DNA of 64,000 nt. Source: a virus. Taxonomy: Duplodnaviria; Caudoviricetes. Position 1 is the first letter of the stretch. Each line of letters starts with the position of its first letter. Shown here one piece after another: positions 31,401 through 42,000 of this stretch. The position numbers and the translations under genes are program-made. The stretch is taken from positions 1 through 64,000 of IMG/VR virus record IMGVR_UViG_3300000756_000009; one strand, given 5' to 3'. The notes under the pieces were generated by a model. The model saw only the letters and a program-made list of their open reading frames with translations. It ran no database searches and was not told the origin of the DNA.

Positions 31401-34400
31401 TAAAGCAGAACTTACTAAAGGATTAACTGGAGCAGCTAAAATTAAAGCTGTAAAAGAAAGTAAAAAGTATCAAGATCTTTTAGATAACAGAAAAAGATTA
31501 GAAAAAGAAGCTAATAAGATAGTTTCTATTGAAGATGCTATTGCTGATGCTGAAGACATTGATGTATTTACAGCATGGGCTTCAGGAAATCTTCCAGATT
31601 TTATTACAATAGATGATATTGAAAGACTAGGTAATAATCTTAAAGCTGGAGGAGTACGTGTTGGTGCATTTGTATTAAACCTTAATAATATTGGTGGAGG
31701 ATTAACTGTTAATGGTACATTGTTTACTGGAGCTAAATCTCCGTTTAAATATCATGAAGCATTCCACGGTGTATTCAGAATGTTATTATCTGATACTGAA
31801 ATTAAAAAATATTTAGCAATTGCTAGAAAAGAAGTAAGGGCAAAACTAAGAGCAGAAGGTAAAAGCTTTAAAGCCGAATTAGAAAGATTCAAAAATTCAG
31901 CTAATACTTATTCTGATATGAGTCCTGAAAGATTAGAACAAGAATACTATGAAGAATATTTAGCTGATGAATTTGAAAAATTTAAAGCAAACGCAAAGTC
32001 AACTCAGACAGATTCTACTGTCAAGTCTTTATTCACTAGAATTATGGAGTGGATTAAGTCTGTATTCAAATCCTTTACTAAGAATGAATTACTTACTTTA
32101 TTTGAAAACATTGATTCTGGCAAGTTTAAAAATGCGTCAATAAATTCAAATCAGTTTGTTACTAGTTTAATGACTGGTGTATCATTAGAAGCAAATGCTT
32201 TATTACCATATGATACAGAACAGAATGCCAACAATAAAGTTGGGTACTATTTCTTAGATAGTGCTATTGCTGAACCTTTAGTTTCAAGTATAGCTGCTAT
32301 GTATATACAAGAAATTGCAAAAGTAAAAGATCCAAATGTTAAACGCGGGGACATACTTGAAAACGTTATAGATGATTTTGCTGCTTTATATGATGAAGAA
32401 ACTGAAGCAAATCAAAAACTTTCAGATGAACAGAAAAAATTCTTACCTCAAATAAGTGAAGTATTTTATAATTTCTCTGATGAACTAAAGGCTGAAGTAT
32501 ACAAAGTATTAAACATTATAACTAAACAAACTCAAGAAGAAGAATATAACAATGAGTATTTTGAGGAGGAAGTTGGTTTAAGAAATGTAGAGCAATATAA
32601 TATGGATGCTTCTATGATTGGTGGATTTGGTTCTTTATCTGAAGGATTAAGAAGTTACTTAGCTACAACAACAATAGAGGAAACAGATTACTTTGGTAAT
32701 AAAGAATTAAAGCCAGGAGTAAAACTAATTGTTCCAATTAACTTTGTATCTGCTTATAATGGGTTATTAAAAGCTGTTAAGAATATTGATGATCCTAAAA
32801 AGATGTTACAGAACATGTACTTCTTTGGACTAGATAATCCTCAGACTGGTGCCGTTGTAACAAGATTACTACAAGACTTTGGTATATCTGAAGAAACATT
32901 ATTAGAGTCAGGTCCATTACCTACTAAGATTAAAAATGCTGCTTTATTTCAATCTGTTGTAAAAGGATTTACAACATTTAGAGTAGACTACTTATTTGTA
33001 CAAAGAGATAATGCCGGTGCAGTATTAATTTATTCTGCTGCACAAAGAGATGATATTAATTCACAACTAGAATCATGGTCTCAAGCTTGGGGACAAGCTG
33101 AAAAGAAAATTAAATCTGATGTTAAAGTTAAAAATGAAACTATCAAAACATTAGAAGATTTTGCAAGTTATTTAAAACCTAGTGATACAAAACTTACTGA
33201 TCCAAAATTATCTGAGTTATCTTCTAAGTATTCACAAGATATTTTTAGACTTACAGGTATTAAATTAAGTAAACAGTTTATTGCATTTAGTATTGCATCA
33301 TCAAGAAATAATCCTACAGTTGCACAAGCAGCATTATTAAATGCTAATTCTGAACAAACACCTATAAGCTATGGTGATATTCTTGAAATAAATAAATTAA
33401 TTCAACAGGGTAATGACATCTTTAGTGAAGGAAAAGATGGAGCTGATTCTAGACTTAGAACATTAGCAATTCAAAATGCACCCTTTGATGAAACAATTGG
33501 AGCATCTGTATTTAAAAACCCTGAAGGTAACTTAGTATATGCACATCAATTACCAACGTATCATTTAAAAAGAATACAAGAGTTAAATGACATGTCTGAA
33601 CTAGAACGCCTTATTGAATCTGATCCTTACTTAGCAAATAACTTCTTATTGAATAGTGAGGCATTTAGACAAATGTCTGCAGAAAATAGACAAAAGGTAT
33701 TAAGAATAGCAGGAAGTAGTGTTGGTAAAATTAATAATACAGAAGAAGAACTTAATGATAAAATATCAGGTGTATCTAATAAATCAACTTATGGTAATTA
33801 TACACCACAAGAATTTGCACTAAGTATAATTAATACTTACACCGCTTTATTAAATACTAAAAGTAACAAGGTTGATTATGTAGAATATTATGATAATATA
33901 CTTGAGAAAAATGTTAAGTCTGCATTAGCACCAGTATTGCTAAGAGTATTAGAAGCATCAAATACAGGAGATTTAATGTATATGCCTGTAATTAAAGCAG
34001 TTAAGTTTAATAAACCGGGTGGTAAAGTTGTATTAACTGATGAAGTTATTGATGCATTTGTTAACAGAATTGAAACTGAGTATGATAGAATTAGAAGAGA
34101 GTCAAATCCTGAAACTAAAACTGAAGAAACTCAACTTGGTTACAACACTGATAATGGTAGAGCATTTCAATTAATAAATACTGGTTTATTACTTACTCCA
34201 GAACTAAAAAGTTCTTTAGAAGAAATTGCAAAACGTGAGGATGCACCTTCATTAAAAGATGCTTTAAAAGAATTAAATGTAACTAATAATGCTTTTAGAA
34301 CTGTTGTTAATACACAGTTAGAAAGTCAATATGATGTATTCTCTAAAGGTTTGGTAGATTTAAAAATAGAAGAACAATTAGGTAAAAGTATAACAGAAGG

Positions 34401-37400
34401 TTTAGCTACTACAGAAAAAGCTGATCAAAACTTAATTGAGTCTGCAGAATTACTTAATCTTACTTATGATAAAGAATATAACTTAAAACAAATATTCTTT
34501 AATGACTGGATAAATACAGCATCTATAAATGATGTTCTTTTGGGTGACCAAGCTGTAACATTAAAAGATGGAGTTGATGCCGTTAAAAGAGCTAAGATGC
34601 AGAATGCTGCATACTATAGTGCGTATACTTCTATATCTGCAGAAGATTTAGGTGTAATGCATACTGTTGATGATATTAGTTTGGTTTCTTTAGAAGAACC
34701 GGTGGGTATTTCTGCTTTAACAGGGAAGAATATTGATAGATCAGATGCTCAGATGTGGATGACTACAAAAGCATTTAGATATATGTGGTTTGGATTTGGT
34801 AAACTTAATCCTGCTCAGGCAAAACTTATTGATAGGATTGAAGCTGGTGAAGATATATCTTCTGAAGAGTTATTTGGTCAAGATGGTTATGTTGATATGG
34901 GAAGCATGCTTAACTCTAAAAAGTTAGTATATGGTGATGGTAAAACATTTATCAAGATGTCTGCTTTTGTATTGACCCCACAACTTACATCTAATAAAGT
35001 AGTAGATGAAAATGGAAATGTAACTTTTGTAGCTAAAGAAAATAAAGTTGACTTACATAATTTAAGAGTTAAACTTGAAGCTATTGAGAAAACTAAAGAT
35101 ACAATTAGTATAGCCGCACCATTAAGTGCACTTAAAATGTTAAAGCAACGTGTAAATCCACTTAGTGATTTGGGTAATACTAACTCATTTACAAATGGAC
35201 ATACTACATTAAGTGCAAAATACATGGGTCTCCAAGTATTAACACCATCAAATAAGACAGAAGTTATTGATCCAACACAAGTAAAGAACATTGTTACTTC
35301 TGAACAAAAAGATAGTGTATATGTAGAAGCTTTAGGAATGACAGTAGGTCAAATCAGAACTGCATACAATCTTGCTACTTCTGCTAAAGTTGAATTAAAA
35401 TATAAAAACAAAAGAAACTTAATTTTTAGTTTTGAAAAAGGAATGCAAGAACTTGCAATCTCCAAACAAAACAACAAAATAACTCCAAACTTAATGGCAT
35501 TCTTAAGATATGCTACTGAGGGTCTTAAAGCATCTCAAGCAAGTAGTAACTTGTTAGAGTTCTTTTCAATTCAAGATGGAGAACAAAAATATGATTTAAA
35601 TAATCCTATTACATTAAATAAATTTGAACAGTTGTTCTTAAGTTATTTAAGTAAAGGAGTACTTGCAGAAAAAGCACCAGGTCATGCTGTAGCTTTAGTA
35701 TCTGATTTTGGTACCAAAGTTTATAGAAGAGTATTTAGTGTAGACGAAAATGGTGTGCCAGATAGATCTGAGATCATTAGAGAAAATGTTTGGAATAATA
35801 TGGCCAACAAACCTACATTAGGTGAGTATGATACATTATCAGTTACACTTAAAGATAACAAAGAAGGTGTAGTTATCCTTGACCGTTTAAGAGCTGGTGT
35901 AAAAGAATATGATAAAGACGGTAAGTTCACAGGTGAAAGATATACTGAGATGCTTATGCCGGCTCACTTTAAATCTATAATGGATTTAGTTGAGAATACT
36001 GATTCAGCTTTCCCTGATATATTATCAAAAATGTTTGCTGTACGTATTCCATCTCAAGATAATCACTCAACAATAAATGTTAAACATGTTGACTTTTTAC
36101 CTGCATTCTATGGTTCATCTGCAATGTTTGCTCAAGAACTTATTGAGATATCAGGAGCGGATTTTGATATTGATAAAGTTTACATGCAAATTAAAGAGTT
36201 CTATGAAGACAAGGGTAAATTCTATGAGTATGGTAAACAAACTACAGATGAAGGTAAATATACAGATTACTTAAAGTATGTATCTGAAAAAGTTAAAGTG
36301 CCGGGAACAACTTATGCTGAAGCATTAGAAATGTATAAAAATGATTTCCAAGCTGCAAGTATAGAAAATTCTGTAACAGATATAGAAGAAGAAATAGCTT
36401 CAGATGCGGGATTATCAGAAGATGGTATCAAAGCTTTACAAATTTTAGGATTACCTATTACAAAAGAGCAGTACTTAGAATATAAAAAGAAATTCCGTGA
36501 GCCATATGAAGCTCCAATGAATAATGCAATACTAGATTACAAATATGCCTTAATGGGTAATACAGGTGTAACAGAAACAACAAATGCAAATGAAACACCA
36601 ATTTCATATACAGCTGCTAGTTTACAGATATTACAAGATTCATTAAAAGAATTAGAAGAAGTATTACCGGGATTACTTGAACGTTCAAGAGAAGATAATA
36701 TTGATATCAATAATATTATTGGTAAAATTAAAGCATTCACAAATAACAAAGGTGCTGCTATTGGTGCAATTGTATTACCTAACTTATACTTAAGTTTATT
36801 AACTGAGTATGGTATCACAATAAATGATAAGGGGCCAAAGATTAGTGTTAATGGTATAACTTATGATGACTTTGGAGTAACTAGAGAACAACTAGCAAAT
36901 GGTTTACAAGGATTACGTAAACAAGATATTATTTCATCATTGATTACAATGGCTACAGATAATGCTAAAGAACGTCTTGTTGCTAAACTTGGTTTAAATA
37001 GACATGCTCTTGGTGTAGTAGCTAATTTAACTGCCCTGGGTGTACCTATTAAAACATCTTTATTGTTGATCAACAATCCAATGATACAAGATATATATTC
37101 TGAAGCACTAAACAAAAAAGATAAATTAGATCCTGGTGTTACTCAATTAACTAAAAATAAAATATTAAATTTATTAGTAGAACAAAAAGTTATTGTAGAA
37201 GATCAACTTAAACAAGAATTAGATGAATTAGGAATTGATTATAAATCATATGGATCTATTACTGATAACTTTTTAATAGATGCTTTTAACAATCCACAAG
37301 AAGTTACAAGCAAAGAAAAGATTGCAATGTTAACTTTATTTTTAGATGCTGTAAAAGTTAAAGATTTTACAAGTAACATGTCAGCTATTGCAGGTTTAAC

Positions 37401-39078
37401 AAATGGTTTGGGTAAAGATATTTCAGCAGTAAATGAAAAAGTTTTACAGATTGATAAACTATTTGATGAAAAAGCAATGATGAATCTTAAGCCAATATAT
37501 AAAAGCAAAACTTGGCAATCAAAATATCTTGAAATATTTAATCAAATCAAAAATGAATTGTTACCGGTTACATTTTTAACAGCAAGTAAAAACTTTCAAT
37601 CAATTTTAAATGAAGTGTATGAAAATATAAATACTACTTCAAATGATTTTAATGAGGAAGTAAGATCTAAGATATCAAAAGATTTATTATCATATTTAAC
37701 AATTAAAGCATATCAGGAAAACAAATTAAAAAATGATTCACAATCTGTGGCTACTTTAAGTAATGAATTGATCTATCCTGGAGGAGATTATTTATCAATT
37801 AATGATATTATTGATAGATTACGTACTACAGAAGCAGGTCAAAATAATTTCTTTTTAGATAACTTTGCAATAAGTCAAAAAGCAAGTGACTCTGATAATC
37901 AAAGTGGTTTGAATTTAGTTAATGCTAATACATTCAGAAGTTTAAATGCTGGACAGAAAGTAGATTTACAAAATTCATTTGCTAAACTATATGGTTCTTT
38001 AGAAACTAAGAATGATGCTTTATCTATAATTAACTACATAATGGTTAAAGATGGATTACAATTGGGATACCAGTCTTTATTAGAAGCTGTTAGTCCTTTT
38101 GTAATGGATGGATATCTAAGTCAAATTGAAACAGCAAATGCTGCATTAAGAAGTGATGATGAGGCAAAGGTTAAAGAAGTCTTTGGTTTAAACACTGAAG
38201 AATTAAAATCTGACTTTGTTAATAATTATTTGTTATCAAATATAAGTGGTCCTTTATTATATACATTCAATGAGAAAGCTATAAATAAAGCAATTACTAT
38301 TAAAAGAGAAAACAATATTCCAAATGAAGTTAAAATTGATTGGAATAAAATTAATGGTGGTGTTCCTAAACGTTTTATCAGATTAAAAGGTAAAGATACA
38401 TATGGTAATTTATTTTATAAAACTTTTATATCTATATCAGAACCTAAGTTAACAACTCAAATTTATAATGTAATAGAAACAAAAGGTTCTAATCAACAAA
38501 ATCCAATTGGATTTATGTTTGGTGAAAGACCTACATATAAAGCTGTAAGACAGTCAATTAAAACTAAAAACGCAACTACAACTCAAGATGCATATGTGGA
38601 CAGTATAAACTTTGAAGGAGAAGAAAACTATGCTCTATCAAAAGATGAAATGATTCAGCTGGGTGCTTTGAAAGATGAGAATGCTGACATTGAAGCAAAT
38701 GAGTTTGGTGTTAACATTAATGGTAACAACATTGCTAACATAAGTGCAATGGAGGCATTGCTTACTGCTGAACCAAAAGAAAAAGCAGAGACGGTTGAGT
38801 CAGACATTACTGAAATTGGTGAAGCAATAACACTTGGTGATTCAATAAGTGATCTTGAAAGAGAATTGTATGATGAATTTGAAGCTGAAATGAAAAATGA
38901 TTATTCTACAATTGAGAATTTCTGGGATGCTAACATTCAAAAAAACTCAGAAGCTAAAGAAAACCTAAGACTAAATAATAATGTATTATCTTTGGAAGAT
39001 CTTATAGATATGTATAATAATGGTATCTATAAAAATCAAGAAGAATTTATTGAACAAATAAAACAATGTAATTTATAA
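25480..39078 (+). CDS. Giant virion-packaged DNA-dependent RNA polymerase (crAss-like single-chain two-barrel type) with a zincin domain
   Basis: 4532 aa. Catalytic GADFDIDK (DFDID at 36160-36174, the motif of phi14:2 gp66) preceded by RIPSQ (36043-36057). Upstream DAQMW (34744) and FIKMS (34948). Zincin HEAFH (31753-31767) with downstream EEYLAD (31951). Gly/Ala-rich hydrophobic segments in the N-terminal part. Confidence 0.9.
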   Translation: MENPIENNSLNQTILNNQVTESVIPKDNSFQPVMDMFDSEENNVLMSRIDLAQLQQLDALKPMIDSTGIRSNGNAAARRPTLSSNTFDPVLQQNPPNLKEPGGIERSIEQSLNEAFQESQGNIKPGTGVAAPAFASMVQSNFKRYYEHPEFQKLGWKPYADNEAYYNANSTIYDDMSRMWGQFGSLVGTGFVGGYRDIGDMFSGESMVADLKSANEFEDAMAIGSSTRGGALGFTNNLLLNSAYTVGIISSIAVEELALAALEVGTFGGATPLVAGRSVLNAARLAELAKNVGKATSIGRMYSSGRTMMNTLKGIDAAKDFWTASKIGGKAFAGIFAPETIAAVNRLHTTEVVAQNLNNMAKASEYAGAFYRDARALNLALSESRLEGGMVYNQLIKDGMDIKFAENNGSPVTTEQVADIQNNAHKAAFATTMTNMPIIYITNKLVLGNSLGGFNKSLGRIFNEQAKGIGSRIIKTAQTVGKDGVKSLSPFKDAGTGLKGLATTLGNAGVKGNLSKLGQGSLRYFAANLGEGIQELSQEAISAGTKNYYTSVLKDPMNGGSELFNASVNAGIGQQFSSQGFETFMSGFLMGGIVSGPQKLFFQGVPALYQRVSNPEKYAQYKQNKEDYVKSVVDTYNAVWNEQAQDPNSIFDPKRYNFLLQKAAAQGKTLASIAYNQFDFIDETDFAKFQQIHTVLTTGGAALFQDQLTDYMKMSDEDLATAFPSSKADVKNGKIRERLQSMVNQIDKTEEVYSQSKDRNPNPFTPESYEKGSRQWTEETLKKIAFEHARYLYMFTQDGFTRALERSNSIYQNLAAEPLFEKMAASDLTVLLDQDSIDKEIQMLTEEAIILSGDKINETKVKEKTEKIERLSAFKNILLENQNKDGSFNKKKIGLLRKEFENYVKYMAQASGTFVNKDNIDAALKQIIDYTALKGRAKVYDKAIEYLNDPQKFDVIFQRTAEVLQEQYKNRKSIFEQQVRDYTEVIERTELANQIAKAGFIPAVDEMKMFLETGDSKYLKTFYNQKGEQLSAYDKQDLEDIQALLNDYEQTRPDKKVEEVKDEEEVAEEGRSNVDDILGNINIEVSVKDSVVLDNTMKKAYAKYAAKQTAAGKKPITLDKWINSEDGKNHRTAFIAVKKIWIDNDTLINPNNPLTEAEIQSESKLIPWLQSQEGKTNDLVQNVVNALGLTIDDVTGQTELLPSEGEAVEGNKNITIVKKGNAVSLIELKTVDSEGNISTSYQLVDQYKQPLDEETLNRFGVPAFGIFIEGDKVKALSIQKAIDGAAPDITPFIFDDVQLNYGQLVYDQTGKEFIVVSQPKQIGTERKLLLVPSDEISPSIEETKKATIPVKPGEFKASFSIQDLDLKVLPQSVSRLNINEPIQPYAYRNKDAVTNQWLESQEQATARYNLVMSVLSPEDLNGLELVVTLDPEGGLNNGYLIIPGFKEANPYIQTITAKYSVGIRTSNPIVQAKIDAAIEKNGLNKSNASNGVFGFMQNTNFTITNSQGTVINPATMTTDEYKNIIYTPAGMEVSLEEDLKRAQNNFALNNLLSSVLPELVANNPDGVIALSKLPNGLSFISKPGVTMYDKSPKPLADLQFSAADENGNYLIYQLENNKGGARTKVAISNLEGEERRQLIDRVEESLTKQGLLDGITSLTDAYVAVVLLPDGTYALANLKAKSIDLNAKFLELINRAETTLSDNPEANAEKFDKRFNVDYNKGLRSELFISAKPGYRLSLQVSPWGKIELEISDSNNKQIGIVRLNKSEISNKDLSVDDKLKLLLDKFNELPGVVAADVNLTAANFRASYSREAGVQEILDKTTTQVAPQVVSNNAIQLSADSSAIQAAKNIPVVQQSAFVASEEVLDVVTDEVYNNFIDNNIVPDNILNNIADKVIKRIDLSEKEIAIFNGKTSEINDIIKDIASNEVTPEEVADTFDTDSINPEDINIDDTNLLRNSIRLSILESIKQELETLKAELTKGLTGAAKIKAVKESKKYQDLLDNRKRLEKEANKIVSIEDAIADAEDIDVFTAWASGNLPDFITIDDIERLGNNLKAGGVRVGAFVLNLNNIGGGLTVNGTLFTGAKSPFKYHEAFHGVFRMLLSDTEIKKYLAIARKEVRAKLRAEGKSFKAELERFKNSANTYSDMSPERLEQEYYEEYLADEFEKFKANAKSTQTDSTVKSLFTRIMEWIKSVFKSFTKNELLTLFENIDSGKFKNASINSNQFVTSLMTGVSLEANALLPYDTEQNANNKVGYYFLDSAIAEPLVSSIAAMYIQEIAKVKDPNVKRGDILENVIDDFAALYDEETEANQKLSDEQKKFLPQISEVFYNFSDELKAEVYKVLNIITKQTQEEEYNNEYFEEEVGLRNVEQYNMDASMIGGFGSLSEGLRSYLATTTIEETDYFGNKELKPGVKLIVPINFVSAYNGLLKAVKNIDDPKKMLQNMYFFGLDNPQTGAVVTRLLQDFGISEETLLESGPLPTKIKNAALFQSVVKGFTTFRVDYLFVQRDNAGAVLIYSAAQRDDINSQLESWSQAWGQAEKKIKSDVKVKNETIKTLEDFASYLKPSDTKLTDPKLSELSSKYSQDIFRLTGIKLSKQFIAFSIASSRNNPTVAQAALLNANSEQTPISYGDILEINKLIQQGNDIFSEGKDGADSRLRTLAIQNAPFDETIGASVFKNPEGNLVYAHQLPTYHLKRIQELNDMSELERLIESDPYLANNFLLNSEAFRQMSAENRQKVLRIAGSSVGKINNTEEELNDKISGVSNKSTYGNYTPQEFALSIINTYTALLNTKSNKVDYVEYYDNILEKNVKSALAPVLLRVLEASNTGDLMYMPVIKAVKFNKPGGKVVLTDEVIDAFVNRIETEYDRIRRESNPETKTEETQLGYNTDNGRAFQLINTGLLLTPELKSSLEEIAKREDAPSLKDALKELNVTNNAFRTVVNTQLESQYDVFSKGLVDLKIEEQLGKSITEGLATTEKADQNLIESAELLNLTYDKEYNLKQIFFNDWINTASINDVLLGDQAVTLKDGVDAVKRAKMQNAAYYSAYTSISAEDLGVMHTVDDISLVSLEEPVGISALTGKNIDRSDAQMWMTTKAFRYMWFGFGKLNPAQAKLIDRIEAGEDISSEELFGQDGYVDMGSMLNSKKLVYGDGKTFIKMSAFVLTPQLTSNKVVDENGNVTFVAKENKVDLHNLRVKLEAIEKTKDTISIAAPLSALKMLKQRVNPLSDLGNTNSFTNGHTTLSAKYMGLQVLTPSNKTEVIDPTQVKNIVTSEQKDSVYVEALGMTVGQIRTAYNLATSAKVELKYKNKRNLIFSFEKGMQELAISKQNNKITPNLMAFLRYATEGLKASQASSNLLEFFSIQDGEQKYDLNNPITLNKFEQLFLSYLSKGVLAEKAPGHAVALVSDFGTKVYRRVFSVDENGVPDRSEIIRENVWNNMANKPTLGEYDTLSVTLKDNKEGVVILDRLRAGVKEYDKDGKFTGERYTEMLMPAHFKSIMDLVENTDSAFPDILSKMFAVRIPSQDNHSTINVKHVDFLPAFYGSSAMFAQELIEISGADFDIDKVYMQIKEFYEDKGKFYEYGKQTTDEGKYTDYLKYVSEKVKVPGTTYAEALEMYKNDFQAASIENSVTDIEEEIASDAGLSEDGIKALQILGLPITKEQYLEYKKKFREPYEAPMNNAILDYKYALMGNTGVTETTNANETPISYTAASLQILQDSLKELEEVLPGLLERSREDNIDINNIIGKIKAFTNNKGAAIGAIVLPNLYLSLLTEYGITINDKGPKISVNGITYDDFGVTREQLANGLQGLRKQDIISSLITMATDNAKERLVAKLGLNRHALGVVANLTALGVPIKTSLLLINNPMIQDIYSEALNKKDKLDPGVTQLTKNKILNLLVEQKVIVEDQLKQELDELGIDYKSYGSITDNFLIDAFNNPQEVTSKEKIAMLTLFLDAVKVKDFTSNMSAIAGLTNGLGKDISAVNEKVLQIDKLFDEKAMMNLKPIYKSKTWQSKYLEIFNQIKNELLPVTFLTASKNFQSILNEVYENINTTSNDFNEEVRSKISKDLLSYLTIKAYQENKLKNDSQSVATLSNELIYPGGDYLSINDIIDRLRTTEAGQNNFFLDNFAISQKASDSDNQSGLNLVNANTFRSLNAGQKVDLQNSFAKLYGSLETKNDALSIINYIMVKDGLQLGYQSLLEAVSPFVMDGYLSQIETANAALRSDDEAKVKEVFGLNTEELKSDFVNNYLLSNISGPLLYTFNEKAINKAITIKRENNIPNEVKIDWNKINGGVPKRFIRLKGKDTYGNLFYKTFISISEPKLTTQIYNVIETKGSNQQNPIGFMFGERPTYKAVRQSIKTKNATTTQDAYVDSINFEGEENYALSKDEMIQLGALKDENADIEANEFGVNINGNNIANISAMEALLTAEPKEKAETVESDITEIGEAITLGDSISDLERELYDEFEAEMKNDYSTIENFWDANIQKNSEAKENLRLNNNVLSLEDLIDMYNNGIYKNQEEFIEQIKQCNL

Positions 39079-39084
39079 TAAGCT

Positions 39085-42000
39085 ATGGCAAAATGTCCTA
39101 ACAAAAATACACCGGAATATAAAGCTTTACAAAAAGTTTATAAAAGTGAAATTGCAACAAATAATATTATTAATAGTTGGCAAGATGCAAACAGCACAGA
39201 TGTTTTTCCTACTGTGGTTGAAGCACAACAATTTGCTAAATATAATAAAGTAGCTTTTGCACTAAAACAAAAAAGCTTTGCTGAGAGTTTATTAAATAAT
39301 TTAAGAGATAAAAAACTTATTCATACTGAATTTGGGTTAAGCTTAATTAATGTTACTAATCCTGATCTTTTTTATATTGATAGAGTTTATGATAAAGCAG
39401 TTGTAGAAAGTAACCGTAATAAAATTATTGAATACTTAAAGGCAAATAATATTCCTTTGGATTCTGTTTCAATTATAGCAACTGATAAAACATATAAAAT
39501 AGAAGTAAACCAAAACATGTTTACTGCAAAAGATATGTTGGAATCATCTAGATCTTGGGATACACCAAGAGCCAAAGCTGTTGTTATGCATTTAAAAAGA
39601 ATGTTTCCTCAAATACAAGTTAAAATGCTTAGTGTTGCTGATGCAGAAACTCTTTATAATTCAATACCTCAGTGGCAAAAAAGTAAAGTTAAATTTAGAG
39701 AAATAAATTCTTTTTTTGTAGATGGTATTGCTTACTTAGTTAAAGGGAGAGTTACAAATGAAACTGCAATTGAGGAAATGTTGCATCCATTTATTGATGC
39801 AATTAAAGTAGATAACCCAGAATTGTTTAATACTTTATTAGCAGAAGCTAAGTTAAACTTCCCAGAAATGGTTCAGTCTATTACTGAAGCTTATAATAAT
39901 AATAGAAACTTTAGCCAACTAGAAAGAGATCTTGAGATAGTAACTCAAGCATTGTCTAGACATTTTAATAATGAGTATGAAAAAACTCCAACCAAAAAAT
40001 TCTTAGATAAAATAAAAGAAGCACTGGACTGGTTTTTAAATGTTATTAATAATTTAAATGAATACATGACAGGTAAACCATTATCTGTAAAAGACATTAA
40101 TAACAAAACTAACTTTACTGATATTGCTAAACTTTTAAATACAGAAGGTATACGCTTTAAACTTGAGAGTAGAGCAAATGCTAAAGTAAGATATTCACTA
40201 TCTCCTGAGAAACAAAAGATAGTAGACAAAGCTTTAGATAAATCTAATAGTATACAGCAAGAGATAATTAAAAAATTATTTCATGTTGCTGTAAGTTCAA
40301 AAGAAGAGATAGATTCATTGTCTGCAAACTTAAGTGACACTGCTTCTGCAAATACAATTGTGGTTCTTAATAAAGAAGATCATACATATGTAGATATTAC
40401 TAACCGTGAAATCTATAAATCTGTTACTACAGCAATTAAAGGCCAACTTGCTAATGAAGAAGATGTACAACTTAACTTAGCAATTGGTAATGATGTAGAT
40501 GCTTTATTAGATGCAATTATATCAGAGCAATCATTTGAGGAAGCATTTCCTAAAATGAAAGTTTTGAATGAAGAACTAGCTGGAAGAATGTTTGACATGT
40601 TAGAAGAACAGATTACTCAGTTAATTCCTCAAGGTGCCGTTGGTATTTCACAAGTAGTTGTATTTGATGAAGCAACAAGGCTTGCTGGTACAGCTGACTT
40701 AGTTGTTATTGATAAGAACGGTAAGATTAGAATTGTTGATTTAAAGACAAGTAAAAATTCTATTTATGATAGAACTTTTGTTGATGCTGTTAAAAACAAA
40801 ATACCGGGTAGAACTCAGGGTACTAAATATGAGTTAAAAGAATATGAGTTAAAAGAGGACATGCCTGCTTTAGATGCAAAAGGAAATCCTATTTTAAATG
40901 CTGATGGCTCACCAAAAATATATCTTGGTAGTGATCTTAAAAAAATTCATGGTGTTAATAAGCTATCAACTATAGCTCAACACAATCTTCAAGTAAACCT
41001 TTACAGACGCATGTTTGAAAACATGGGTTACACTGTGTATGAAGGTGATGGCGGTGCAATTACATTTCACATACAAGCAGATATAACTGGTGTAGGAAAA
41101 CAACAAGTATTTAATAATAACTTTAGATTAGATGGTAGAGTTGAACATCCTATATCTGAAAACTTATTGTACATCAATATGCTTGTCCCATCTGTAATGA
41201 ATAATACAGAAAAGGAAAGTCTTGATAGAGCAATTGGTAATGCAGAAGATGCTATCTACCGTGGTGATAAAGATGTTGATGCAATGGAAAAAATTGCTGA
41301 TACAATAGAAGCTCAACAGTATCCGGAGTATAATACTATTTTTGATGCGTTGCAAAACTATAGTGTTGCTTTAGTAGAGCAAGATAAAGCATTGGATAAA
41401 CTTAAGAATAATGTTTATAGAGACAAAACTAAAGCACAAACACGTGATGATATTGCAAGTACGTTAGCATACATTGCTAGTAATATAAATACCGGGCCAA
41501 TAGCAAGATCTCAAACTTATACTAATTTGTTAAGAGCTTCTTTAAATCAAATGCAAAAATTTACTGCATATGTTGAAGATCCAGCTAATGTAAACAAACC
41601 TGAGTATATTACATATGCATTAAACTTTAATAGATTCCTAAGTACATTTGAAGCTTTGTATTCAATTAAAGATTCAAAAGAACTTAATGCTACGCAAAGA
41701 ACATTGGTTCTTCAAATGCAACTTGAACAAAATAAACTTTTAGGTGTAAATGGTAAAGAAGGTTTAATTAATGATGCTATCATAAATTATGTAAAAGAAA
41801 TTATTAGAACTAGATCAAACAAAGATTTTGGTGGTAAGGGTAGTGGTTTTACAGAAGAAATGCTAGACGATCTTTTAGTTATAGCTCCAGATATTGCAAT
41901 GGACGCATTAAATGTCCAAGATATGGCTACTCAAAAAGATACCATACTTGCTGTAATGGACAAAATATATAAAAGTCAAAAACAAAAACTTTTAGATAAA

